Of a DNA stretch of 64,000 bases, positions 39,266 to 46,967 are shown in pieces. Location of the stretch: NCBI GenBank assembly GCA_022510865.1, contig JAFLSQ010000004.1, positions 28,539 to 92,538 on the forward strand, given 5' to 3'. Origin of the DNA: Treponema sp. (GTDB lineage: Bacteria > Spirochaetota > Spirochaetia > Treponematales > Treponemataceae). The position numbers and the translations under genes are program-made. The number at the start of each line of letters is the position of its first letter. Position 1 is the first letter of the stretch. The notes beneath the pieces are model-generated. The model was given only the letters and a program-made list of their open reading frames with translations, made no database searches and was not told where the DNA came from.

Positions 39266-39294
39266 ATTATAACGGCAAAGCAGGAAAATCGCAA
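39266..39294 (-). promoter_or_regulatory. Candidate sigma70 promoter for the TGS-kinase gene
   Basis: Minus strand: TTGCGA-17 nt-TATAAT, then a leader of about 36 nt carrying a GAGGTG RBS. Confidence 0.5.
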
Positions 39295-39458
39295 AAAAAA
39301 GTGAAAACAATCGCAAAAACGAGCAAAACCACTTGACAAAGTGTGTGTGCTCTGAACCTGTTTTTCACAGGAGGTTAAGTGGAATTACGCAAACTTGTGA
39401 TGAGACAACCGTCTTCGCCAAAAAATAATCCGCTTGGGGACGCGCTCTTCGCGCAGTG

Positions 39459-39487
39459 CTGACATTCCCGCAGAAAAACGCTATAAT
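39459..39487 (+). promoter_or_regulatory. Candidate sigma70 promoter for purC
   Basis: CTGACA-17 nt-TATAAT, 37 nt upstream of ATG 39525. Confidence 0.5.
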
Positions 39488-39524
39488 ATCCGCACTTCCT
39501 ATACAATCAGCAATGGAGTTTTAT

Positions 39525-40370
39525 ATGAGAAAAATAATTTCCGGCAAGGTGCGCGAGGTCTACGACCTTGAGGACGGACGCATGGTGATTGTCACCACAG
39601 ACAGGATGTCCGCGTTTGACGTGATTCTTCCCACGATGATTACGGACAAGGGCAGGGTTCTGAACGCGCTGTCGAATTTCTGGTTCGATTATACAAAAGG
39701 CATCGTCAAAAATCACATGATTTCCAGCAGTCTTGATGATATGCCCGCTGATTTCCACGGCCCGGAATTCGAGGGCAGGACAATCCTTGTGAAAAAACTG
39801 CGGATGATTCCCTATGAGGTGATTGTGCGCGGCTATATGTTCGGCTCAATGTACGAGGCCTACAAAAAAGGCGAGCCGTTTTTGGGGCACAAATTCGAGC
39901 GGGAGTACAAGCAGGCGGAGAAGCTTGAGCAGCCGATTGTAACGCCCTCAACGAAGGCGGCGGAGGGCCACGATGTGAACGTAACCTTGCAGTACATGAA
40001 GGACGATTTGGGCGAGGAGCTTGGCTCAAAAATCGAGCGGGCCGCGCTTGAAATCTACAAGAAATGCTATGAGCACGCGTTCAAAAACGGGATTATCATC
40101 GCCGATACGAAATTTGAGTTCGGTCTTGATGAGAACGGCGAGCTTGTCCTTGCGGACGAGGTGCTCACCCCCGATTCAAGCCGTTTCTGGGACGCAGAGA
40201 AATATGAGGTTGGCGGAAGCCCCGCCAGCTACGACAAGCAGTTTGTGCGCGACTGGCTCAAGGCGAACAACCTTGCGGGCGACCCGAACATCAAGGCGAT
40301 TCCTGATGATGTTGTGGCGCGTACAGCCCAGATTTACCGCGAGTGCGAGCGCAGAATCTGCGGAAAATAA
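39525..40370 (+). CDS. purC: Phosphoribosylaminoimidazole-succinocarboxamide synthase
   Basis: GKVREVYD, TDRMSAFD, IIADTKFEFG, LADEVLTPDSSRFW, DKQFVRDWL. GGAG RBS before ATG 39525. Confidence 0.9.
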   Translation: MRKIISGKVREVYDLEDGRMVIVTTDRMSAFDVILPTMITDKGRVLNALSNFWFDYTKGIVKNHMISSSLDDMPADFHGPEFEGRTILVKKLRMIPYEVIVRGYMFGSMYEAYKKGEPFLGHKFEREYKQAEKLEQPIVTPSTKAAEGHDVNVTLQYMKDDLGEELGSKIERAALEIYKKCYEHAFKNGIIIADTKFEFGLDENGELVLADEVLTPDSSRFWDAEKYEVGGSPASYDKQFVRDWLKANNLAGDPNIKAIPDDVVARTAQIYRECERRICGK

Positions 40371-40411
40371 CAGGCTTTTTGTCACATTGCATTGTTTCTG
40401 CGGCAATGGCC

Positions 40412-40447
40412 AAAAATCCCCGGGAATTTTTTCCTGGGGATTTTTTT
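40412..40447. terminator. Terminator after purC
   Basis: AAAAATCCCCGGG-aatttttt-CCTGGGGATTTTT plus additional T residues: a 13-bp stem with one G-U pair. Confidence 0.7.
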
Positions 40448-40513
40448 GCGTGGACGGCGGCGGTCATCGGCATGGCGCGAAAATCAAAAAAACTTGCTGA
40501 ATGAAAATATTTC

Positions 40514-40542
40514 TTGACAAATTCGGGAAGCGGTCTTAACAT
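40514..40542 (+). promoter_or_regulatory. Candidate promoter for the sugar ABC operon, with an overlapping small palindrome
   Basis: TTGACA-17 nt-TAACAT. The palindrome ACATCA-gaat-TGATGT overlaps the -10 and +1 region. Confidence 0.35.
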
Positions 40543-40580
40543 CAGAATTGATGTAAACATCTAAACAGGAGGACTATTAG

Positions 40581-41528
40581 ATGAAAAAGATTGTTGCCGT
40601 TGCCGTTATGGCCATGTGCGCTGTGAGCATGTTTGCCGCTCCAAAGGCAAAGAAGAAGGAAATTAAGATTGGTATTGTGAACAATCCGCCGTCAGAATCC
40701 GGATACCGCGCTGCGAACGTTAAGGATTTTGAGTCAGTGTTCAACAAGAAAAAGGGCTACAAAGTATCTACATTCTACAGTCTTAAAAATGATGAGCAGC
40801 TGAACGCTGTCTCTCAGTTCATTACAGATGGTGTTGACTACATTTTGATTTCTGCTGCCGCTACGGATGGATGGAGCTCTGTCCTTAAGCAGGCAAAAGA
40901 CAATGGAATCAAAGTGTTCCTCTTTGACCGAATGATTAATGTCTCTGAGGATTTGTATGAGGCTGCCGTAGTCTCTGATATGCCCAAAGAGGGCGAGACT
41001 GCCGTCAACTGGCTCAAAGAGCAGAACCTGCCCGAGTACAAAGTTGTGCACATTCAGGGCGCGATGGGCTCTGACGCTCAGCTTGGACGAACAGGCGCGC
41101 TTGACGCTGAGTTCGCGAAGGGAACAATGAAGAAAGTTGTTCAGCAGACAGCAACTTGGGACGAGGCCGAGGCAAAGAAAATCGTTGAGTCTGTAATCAA
41201 CTCTGGCGAGAAATTCAACGTAATCTATGCTGAGAACGACGGCATGGCAAAAGGTGCGGTTGCCGCTCTTGATGAGGCTGGAATCACGCACGGTGTGAAC
41301 GGCGAAGTCATCATTATGGGATTTGACTGCAACAAGTGGGCACTGCGCGAGCTTCTTGCCGGAAACTGGAACTATGATGGTCAGTGCTCTCCGTTCCAGG
41401 CTCAGGTCATCGAGAACATGATTAAGACTGGCGAGATTCCCTCAAAGAAAGTGATTTCTGAGGAGAAGGGATTTGACGCTAAGACTATCAAGAAGGCTGA
41501 TGTTGACAAGTATGGTCTTGGTGACTAA
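40581..41528 (+). CDS. Sugar ABC transporter periplasmic binding protein (YtfQ/RbsB-like)
   Basis: Signal peptide, then a type I periplasmic binding fold (IGIVNNPPSESGYR, VDYILISAA, IYAENDGMAKGA). AGGAGG RBS. Confidence 0.75.
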   Translation: MKKIVAVAVMAMCAVSMFAAPKAKKKEIKIGIVNNPPSESGYRAANVKDFESVFNKKKGYKVSTFYSLKNDEQLNAVSQFITDGVDYILISAAATDGWSSVLKQAKDNGIKVFLFDRMINVSEDLYEAAVVSDMPKEGETAVNWLKEQNLPEYKVVHIQGAMGSDAQLGRTGALDAEFAKGTMKKVVQQTATWDEAEAKKIVESVINSGEKFNVIYAENDGMAKGAVAALDEAGITHGVNGEVIIMGFDCNKWALRELLAGNWNYDGQCSPFQAQVIENMIKTGEIPSKKVISEEKGFDAKTIKKADVDKYGLGD

Positions 41529-41539
41529 TTGATGATTTT

Positions 41540-41613
41540 GACCGCCGCTTTTTTATGGCGGTCTGTCACATGACGGCGTAAAGTGTGTTTTGCATATTTT
41601 ACGCCGTTTTTTT
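41540..41613 (+). terminator. Two intercistronic hairpins between the ABC binding-protein and ATPase genes; the second is terminator-like
   Basis: GACCGCC-N10-GGCGGTC (41540-41563), then ACGGCGTAAA-N15-TTTACGCCGT followed by T6 (41573-41613). Confidence 0.6.
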
Positions 41614-41625
41614 ATGAAGGTTTCT

Positions 41626-43146
41626 ATGGATAACAATGTTGTTTTGACAATGCGCGGCATTTCCAAGGAATTTCCGGGCGTGAAGGCTCTGCAAAACGTG
41701 GACTTCACGCTTCAAAAAGGTGAGATTCACGCGCTTATGGGTGAGAACGGAGCGGGAAAATCCACGCTGGTCAAGGTTCTTACCGGTGTGCACATAAAGG
41801 ATGCCGGAGAAATCCGGATTGCGGGACATGAGGAGCCTGTGTCAATCCGCTCTCCGCAGGATGCCCAGAATCTGGGCATCAGCACTGTTTATCAGGAGAT
41901 AACTCTCTGCCCGAACCTCACTGTGGCGGAGAATATGTTCATCGGGCGCGGGAACTACAAGTTCGTCAGCTGGCGCGAGCAGGATAAAAAGGCCACGAAG
42001 ATTTTGCAGCGGCTGAACATTCCTGCGCGGGCGACCCAGCAGCTTGGGACGTGCTCGCTTGCCGTGCAGCAGATGGTCGCCATTGCCCGTGCGGTTGACA
42101 TGGACTGCAAGGTTCTGATTCTTGATGAGCCAACCTCATCCTTGGATGAGCGCGAGGTTGAGCTGCTTTTCACTCTCATGCGTGATTTGAAGAGCCACGG
42201 CGTGGGAATCATTTTTATCACCCACTTTCTGGAGCAGGTTTACGAGGTCTGCGATAAAATCACTGTGCTGCGCAACGGCGAGCTTGTGGGCGAGTACACC
42301 GTGAGCGAGCTTCCGCGTGTCAAACTCATCTCCGCGATGCTCGGCAAGGACATGGAGGACATGACCAACCTTAAGAATCAGAAGCGGGATTACAGCGGTG
42401 CGGGCGAGGTTGTTTACGAAGCCCAGGGGCTTTCAAGCGCGGAGGGCGTGCGCCCGTTTGATTTTGCCATCAATAAAGGCGAGGTTAACGGATTTACCGG
42501 CCTGCTTGGTTCGGGGCGTAGCGAGAGCGTCCGCGCGATTTTTGCCGCGGACAGAGTTACCGGCGGAAAAGTGAGGGTGAACGGCAAGGACACAAAAATC
42601 ACCACGCCAAAAGAGGCCATGAAGCACGGAATCGGGTATCTTCCGGAGGACCGCAAGGGCGACGGCATTATCCAGGATTTGTCTGTGCGCGAGAATCTTA
42701 TTCTTGCGATGCAGGTGCTCAAAGGCTTTGCGCATCCAATTTCACGCGCGGAGTCAGAGCGGCTTGCGGACGAGTTCATCAAACTGCTGGAGATTAAGAC
42801 TGCCTCCAAGGAAACGCCAATAAAATCGCTTTCCGGAGGAAATCAGCAGAAAGTCATCCTTGCAAGATGGCTTCTGACGCATCCGCAGTACCTCATTCTG
42901 GACGAGCCTACGCGCGGAATTGACGTGGGCACAAAACTTGAGATTCAGAAGCAGGTGCTCAAGCTTGCGTCTGAGGGCGTGAGCGTCACTTTCATTTCTT
43001 CGGAGATTGAGGAGATGCTTTCTGTGTGCACAAGGCTGATTGTCATGCGCGACCGCAAGATTGTGGGCGAGCTTAAGGACGATTCTCTGCGCCAGGATGT
43101 GATAATGCAGACTATTGCTGGAGGAAAAGCGAAAAATGGCGAATAA
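41626..43146 (+). CDS. Sugar ABC transporter ATP-binding protein (tandem ABC domains)
   Basis: Walker A GENGAGKST; signatures LAVQQMVAIARA and LSGGNQQKV; LILDEPT appears twice. Start at ATG 41626 (AAGG 5 nt upstream), or at 41614. Confidence 0.85.
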   Translation: MDNNVVLTMRGISKEFPGVKALQNVDFTLQKGEIHALMGENGAGKSTLVKVLTGVHIKDAGEIRIAGHEEPVSIRSPQDAQNLGISTVYQEITLCPNLTVAENMFIGRGNYKFVSWREQDKKATKILQRLNIPARATQQLGTCSLAVQQMVAIARAVDMDCKVLILDEPTSSLDEREVELLFTLMRDLKSHGVGIIFITHFLEQVYEVCDKITVLRNGELVGEYTVSELPRVKLISAMLGKDMEDMTNLKNQKRDYSGAGEVVYEAQGLSSAEGVRPFDFAINKGEVNGFTGLLGSGRSESVRAIFAADRVTGGKVRVNGKDTKITTPKEAMKHGIGYLPEDRKGDGIIQDLSVRENLILAMQVLKGFAHPISRAESERLADEFIKLLEIKTASKETPIKSLSGGNQQKVILARWLLTHPQYLILDEPTRGIDVGTKLEIQKQVLKLASEGVSVTFISSEIEEMLSVCTRLIVMRDRKIVGELKDDSLRQDVIMQTIAGGKAKNGE

Positions 43147-44218
43147 AATCATGAATCAGATTAAAAAACTGTTCCAGTCACAGCTTGCCATTCCCATTGT
43201 GGCTCTGCTTGTTCTTGTGATTTTCAACTTAATCCGTGACCCAAGTTTCTTTTCCATCGCGGTTAAGAAAAATAATCTTGGAAACACGGTTCTTTCGGGA
43301 AACCTCATCAGCATTCTGAACGGCGCGTCCGAGCTGGTGATTCTTTCCATCGGAATGACGCTGGTGACATCCGCGACAAAAGGCCAGGACATCTCAATCG
43401 GTGCGTCCGCGGCCATCGCAGGCTCTGTTTTTGTGAAAATTCTGCGCGCGTGGAGCGTAAATCCGGGGACAATCATTTTTGGGATTGTCTTTGCTTGCGT
43501 CGTTGCGGTGATTTTCTGCCTTCTGAACGGCGTTCTCATCGCAAAGTTCAATATTCAGCCGATGATTGCCTCGCTCATCCTTTACACGGCGGGCCGGCCA
43601 ATCGCATACTGGATTAACGGCGGCGCGACCCCGAACGTTGAGAGCCCGCTTCTGACTTACCTTGGCGGATTCATCCCGCACATCGCGATTCCGACTCCAA
43701 TCATCATCGTGGTGATTTTCATCGTGCTGATAAACCTGCTGCTCAAAAAGACCACGCTCGGGCTTTACATCCAGTCTGTGGGAATCAACGAGCGGGCCGC
43801 GAAGCTCAACGGAATTAACCCGGTTCTTATGAAGATGATTGTCTTTGTGATTCTTGGCGTGTGCGTCACTCTGGCTGGCTCAATGAACGTCTGCCGAATC
43901 GGGCTTATAAATCACGAGACAATTCTTCTGGACATTGAGATGGATGCCATTCTTGCGGTCGCAATCGGCGGAAACTCTCTTGGCGGCGGCAAGTTCAAGC
44001 TTTCCGGCTCAATTCTGGGCGCGTACATAATCCAGGCGCTCACAATCACACTGTATGCGATGAAAGTCTCCTCAACGGCGGTCAAGGCGTACAAGGCGGT
44101 TGTGATTATCATAATTGTTGTGGCAGGCTCACCGGTCGTAAAAGACTGGATTAAAGGCCTTAGAAACAAGATTGCGCAGAAATCATCCGTGAGACCTGCG
44201 GCAGTGGAGGCAAGATAA
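43136..44218 (+). CDS. Sugar ABC transporter permease (YtfT-like)
   Basis: About 9 TM helices of the BPD_transp_2 type. GGAGGA RBS. The start overlaps the end of the ATPase gene. Confidence 0.8.
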   Translation: MANKIMNQIKKLFQSQLAIPIVALLVLVIFNLIRDPSFFSIAVKKNNLGNTVLSGNLISILNGASELVILSIGMTLVTSATKGQDISIGASAAIAGSVFVKILRAWSVNPGTIIFGIVFACVVAVIFCLLNGVLIAKFNIQPMIASLILYTAGRPIAYWINGGATPNVESPLLTYLGGFIPHIAIPTPIIIVVIFIVLINLLLKKTTLGLYIQSVGINERAAKLNGINPVLMKMIVFVILGVCVTLAGSMNVCRIGLINHETILLDIEMDAILAVAIGGNSLGGGKFKLSGSILGAYIIQALTITLYAMKVSSTAVKAYKAVVIIIIVVAGSPVVKDWIKGLRNKIAQKSSVRPAAVEAR

Positions 44219-45258
44219 TGGCAGATACAAAAAAAATCAGACAGCCGCTTTCCAACACGGCTTTGCTGCTTACAATCACAGTCTGCACGTTCTTTGGCAT
44301 GTATATTCTTGCCATGATTATCTGGGGCGGCGGATTTCTGAACCCTCAGCAGTTTTTCAATCTGTTCAATAACAACGCGTATCTGATTGTGATTGCCTGC
44401 GGCCTTACAGTCGTTATGATTACCGGCGGAATTGACATTTCTGTTGGCGGCACTATCGCGCTGATTACAATGACCGCGGTCGTTTTTATGGAGGACCACG
44501 GCGGCGGAATCCTCAGCTCCGTTTTGATTTCCTTGGGAATCGGGCTTGCAATCGGTTTGATTCAGGGCTGCCTTGTCGCATACCTCAAAATCCAGCCGTT
44601 CATCGTCACTCTTGCGGGAATGTTCTTTACGCGCGGAATGACAACCATTGTGAGCAAGGTTCCGCGCACCGCGGCGAACGAGGCTTTCATCGCCCTCAAA
44701 GACCATTACATCCACATTCCGTTCATCGGGACTGTGGCAAAAAACGGCAACTGGATTCCATCCTACATCGAGGTTGGCGTTGTGATTGCCGTTGTCGTGG
44801 TGATTGCGCTGTGGGCGACGCTCAGATGGACGCGGTTCGGGCGCAATTTGTATGCCGTGGGCGGAAACAGCGAGAGCGCGCTCATGCTCGGAATTAACGT
44901 GCAGCGGACAAAATTCTTCGCGTATGTTCTGTGCGGAGTTCTTGCCGGAATCGCGGGATTTGTGTACCTGACCCACACCGGGGCTGGCAACGCCAGCAAC
45001 GCGAGCGGCGCGGAGATGCAGGCAATCGCCTCGTCAATCATAGGCGGAACGCTGCTTTCCGGCGGCGTTGGAAGCGTCGTTGGAACTTTGTTCGGAGTGC
45101 TTTCGCTAAAGACCATCAACAACATTGTCGTTGCCTCGGGATTGCGCGAGCCGTACTGGCAGAGCATCACGACCGGCCTCATGCTGTGCTTCTTCATCCT
45201 CCTGCAAAGCGTGATTCTAAGTCACAGAAAGAAAAAACTGGGCGCGATGGCACTCTGA
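44218..45258 (+). CDS. Sugar ABC transporter permease (YjfF-like)
   Basis: Second BPD_transp_2-type permease. TAATG overlap with the upstream permease gene. Followed by a strong terminator. Confidence 0.8.
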   Translation: MADTKKIRQPLSNTALLLTITVCTFFGMYILAMIIWGGGFLNPQQFFNLFNNNAYLIVIACGLTVVMITGGIDISVGGTIALITMTAVVFMEDHGGGILSSVLISLGIGLAIGLIQGCLVAYLKIQPFIVTLAGMFFTRGMTTIVSKVPRTAANEAFIALKDHYIHIPFIGTVAKNGNWIPSYIEVGVVIAVVVVIALWATLRWTRFGRNLYAVGGNSESALMLGINVQRTKFFAYVLCGVLAGIAGFVYLTHTGAGNASNASGAEMQAIASSIIGGTLLSGGVGSVVGTLFGVLSLKTINNIVVASGLREPYWQSITTGLMLCFFILLQSVILSHRKKKLGAMAL

Positions 45259-45266
45259 TTTTAATG

Positions 45267-45292
45267 ACGGGGCGTAAGCCCCGTTTTTTTTT
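45267..45292 (+). terminator. Rho-independent terminator of the ABC transporter operon
   Basis: ACGGGGC-gtaa-GCCCCGT followed by T9. Confidence 0.8.
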
Positions 45293-45447
45293 GCGATTAC
45301 CTCACTGTGATTTTCCGGCGGACCTCGCATGGCAATCATTTTTTTGATTTTTTGCATGGATGCCGCTTTCAGGCAGGGCAATCAGAAAAGAGGTTTGCGC
45401 CGGGCAATCCTAATGCGGCGTGAGATTCCCGCGCTTTTATCTTGGTC

Positions 45448-45480
45448 AAAAAAAATCCTGCGCCAAGATGACGCAGGATT
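45448..45480 (-). terminator. Rho-independent terminator of tRNA-Pro
   Basis: On the minus strand, AATCCTGCG-N9-CGCAGGATT is followed by a T-run. It begins 3 nt after the tRNA 3' end. Confidence 0.7.
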
Positions 45481-45482
45481 TG

Positions 45483-45556
45483 TCGGGCAACCGGAAATCG
45501 AATCCGGGACCTCGTGCCCCCCAGACACGCACGCTAACCAGCTGCGCTATTGCCCG
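45483..45556 (-). tRNA. tRNA-Pro (anticodon GGG), CCA not encoded
   Basis: Reverse complement CGGGCAATAGCGCAGCTGGTTAGCGTGCGTGTCTGGGGGGCACGAGGTCCCGGATTCGATTTCCGGTTGCCCGA folds as a cloverleaf: 7-bp acceptor, anticodon loop CTGGGGG, T-loop TTCGATT, discriminator A. Confidence 0.9.
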
Positions 45557-45571
45557 AAATGTTCTTTATAT

Positions 45572-45598
45572 ATTATAGAAATCTCGGGATTTTTGCAA
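45572..45598 (-). promoter_or_regulatory. Candidate promoter for tRNA-Pro
   Basis: Minus strand: TTGCAA-15 nt-TATAAT (or 17 nt to TAATAT), 15 nt upstream of the mature 5' end. Confidence 0.35.
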
Positions 45599-45625
45599 GT
45601 GGATTTTTAGCGCAAATCCGGTGCG

Positions 45626-46822
45626 TTACAATCTTTCTTTGATTGCCGCGATGTACTCCCAGGAATTCAGGACTTTTTTTGCGGCAGGCTCGGCAATCCG
45701 CGCGATGTCGCCGGTCATAAATCCATCCTCAATTGTGCTCAAAGTGGCTTTCTCAAGGCGTTTCGCGAAGTCAGTAAGCTCAGGTGTGCCGTCAAGCTCC
45801 CCGCGTTTTGCGAGCGCGCCAGTCCATGCAAAAATCGTTGCCACAGGATTTGTTGATGTTTTCTCGCCCTTGAGGTAGCGGTAATAATGCCGCTGCACAG
45901 TTCCGTGACTCGCCTCGTACTCAAAGTTTCCGTCGGGGCTTACAAGAACCGAGGTCATCATCGCAAGGCTTCCGCACGCGGAGGCAATCATGTCGCTCAT
46001 CACATCGCCGTCATAATTTTTTGTTGCCCACATGAAGCCGCCCTCGCTGCGCATCACGCGCGCCACCGCATCGTCAATCAGAGTGTAGAAATATTCTATG
46101 CCGGCGGAATCGAATTTGGCCTTGTACTCGTTGTCAAAGACGCGCTGAAAAATCTCCTTGAAGTTTCCGTCATAGGTCTTTGAGATTGTGTCCTTCGCGC
46201 CGAACCACACGCTGATTTTCCTGTCGAGAGCGTAGGTGAAGCAGCACCTCGCAAAACTTTCGATTGAGCCGTCCAGATTGTGAATTCCCTGAATGATTCC
46301 GGGGCCTTTCATGTCCATTATTGTCCTGCGGATTTCCTTGCCGTCCTCTCCGGTGAAGACAAGCTCCGCCTTTCCCGCTGTGGGTGTCTTAATCTCGCAG
46401 TTTTTGTAGACATCGCCGTAAGCGTGACGGCCAAGCACAATCGGTTTTTTCCAGCAGCTCACAGTTCCGTGGATGTTGCTCACAAAAATCGGCTCGCGGA
46501 AGACCGTGCCGTCCAGTTCCGCGCGGATAATTCCGTTCGGGCTGGGCGTGAGTTTTTTGAGGTTGTATTCCTCCACACGCGCCTGATTGCTTGTGATTGT
46601 CGCGCATTTAACGCCAACGTGCAGCCGTCTGATTGCCTCGGCCGCCTCGTAAGTAATCTTGTCGTCAGAGTCATCGCGGCTTTTCAGTCCCAAATCAAAA
46701 TACTCTGTTTTGAGGTCAATATAAGGCGTAAGAAGCTCGTCCTTAATCACCTTCCACAAAATCCGGGTCATCTCATCGCCGTCAAGCTCAGCGATTGCGT
46801 TTTTCATCTGAATCTTTGCCAT
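45626..46822 (-). CDS. icd: NADP-dependent isocitrate dehydrogenase, homodimeric type II (eukaryote-like subfamily)
   Basis: ELDGDEMTRILW, GVKCATIT, GTVFREPI and NYDGDVMSD in a protein of about 400 aa, matching the IDH1/2-like subfamily. Confidence 0.9.
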   Translation of the reverse strand: MAKIQMKNAIAELDGDEMTRILWKVIKDELLTPYIDLKTEYFDLGLKSRDDSDDKITYEAAEAIRRLHVGVKCATITSNQARVEEYNLKKLTPSPNGIIRAELDGTVFREPIFVSNIHGTVSCWKKPIVLGRHAYGDVYKNCEIKTPTAGKAELVFTGEDGKEIRRTIMDMKGPGIIQGIHNLDGSIESFARCCFTYALDRKISVWFGAKDTISKTYDGNFKEIFQRVFDNEYKAKFDSAGIEYFYTLIDDAVARVMRSEGGFMWATKNYDGDVMSDMIASACGSLAMMTSVLVSPDGNFEYEASHGTVQRHYYRYLKGEKTSTNPVATIFAWTGALAKRGELDGTPELTDFAKRLEKATLSTIEDGFMTGDIARIAEPAAKKVLNSWEYIAAIKERL

Positions 46823-46831
46823 AATGAGAGT

Positions 46832-46860
46832 ATTATAAATGTCAGCAAGCGCGACTGCAA
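46832..46860 (-). promoter_or_regulatory. Candidate sigma70 promoter for icd with a very short or absent leader
   Basis: Minus strand: TTGCAG-17 nt-TATAAT, then 9 nt (actctcatt), then ATG 46822. No Shine-Dalgarno. Confidence 0.5.
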
Positions 46861-46954
46861 TACCTTTTTGTTTTCTTCTATGAATAAATCTAATGTGCGG
46901 TGTTTTTTTTGCCGTTGATAAAAGAGCAGTCCTATGGGGAAAATATTACGCTTG

Positions 46955-46960
46955 TATAAT
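46955..46960 (+). promoter_or_regulatory. Consensus -10 box 7 nt upstream of in-frame ATG 46968 of the giant acidic protein
   Basis: TATAAT-gcgagcg-ATG. The -35 is poor. Confidence 0.35.
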
Positions 46961-46967
46961 GCGAGCG

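Noticed and set aside
39295-39462. Possible riboswitch or 27-codon leader ORF upstream of purC (AGGAGG 39369-39374, GTG 39379, stop 39460-39462). An isolated TTGACA lies at 39333-39338.
   Set aside because: I saw no match to purine, ZTP or PRPP riboswitch cores. The TTGACA has no -10 partner at 16-18 nt. The small ORF ends inside the purC -35 element, so it would not be on the purC transcript, and its SD-to-GTG spacing is only 4 nt.
45329-45610. 93-aa plus-strand ORF.
   Set aside because: It overlaps the tRNA-Pro gene and its terminator on the opposite strand, and it has no coding-like features.
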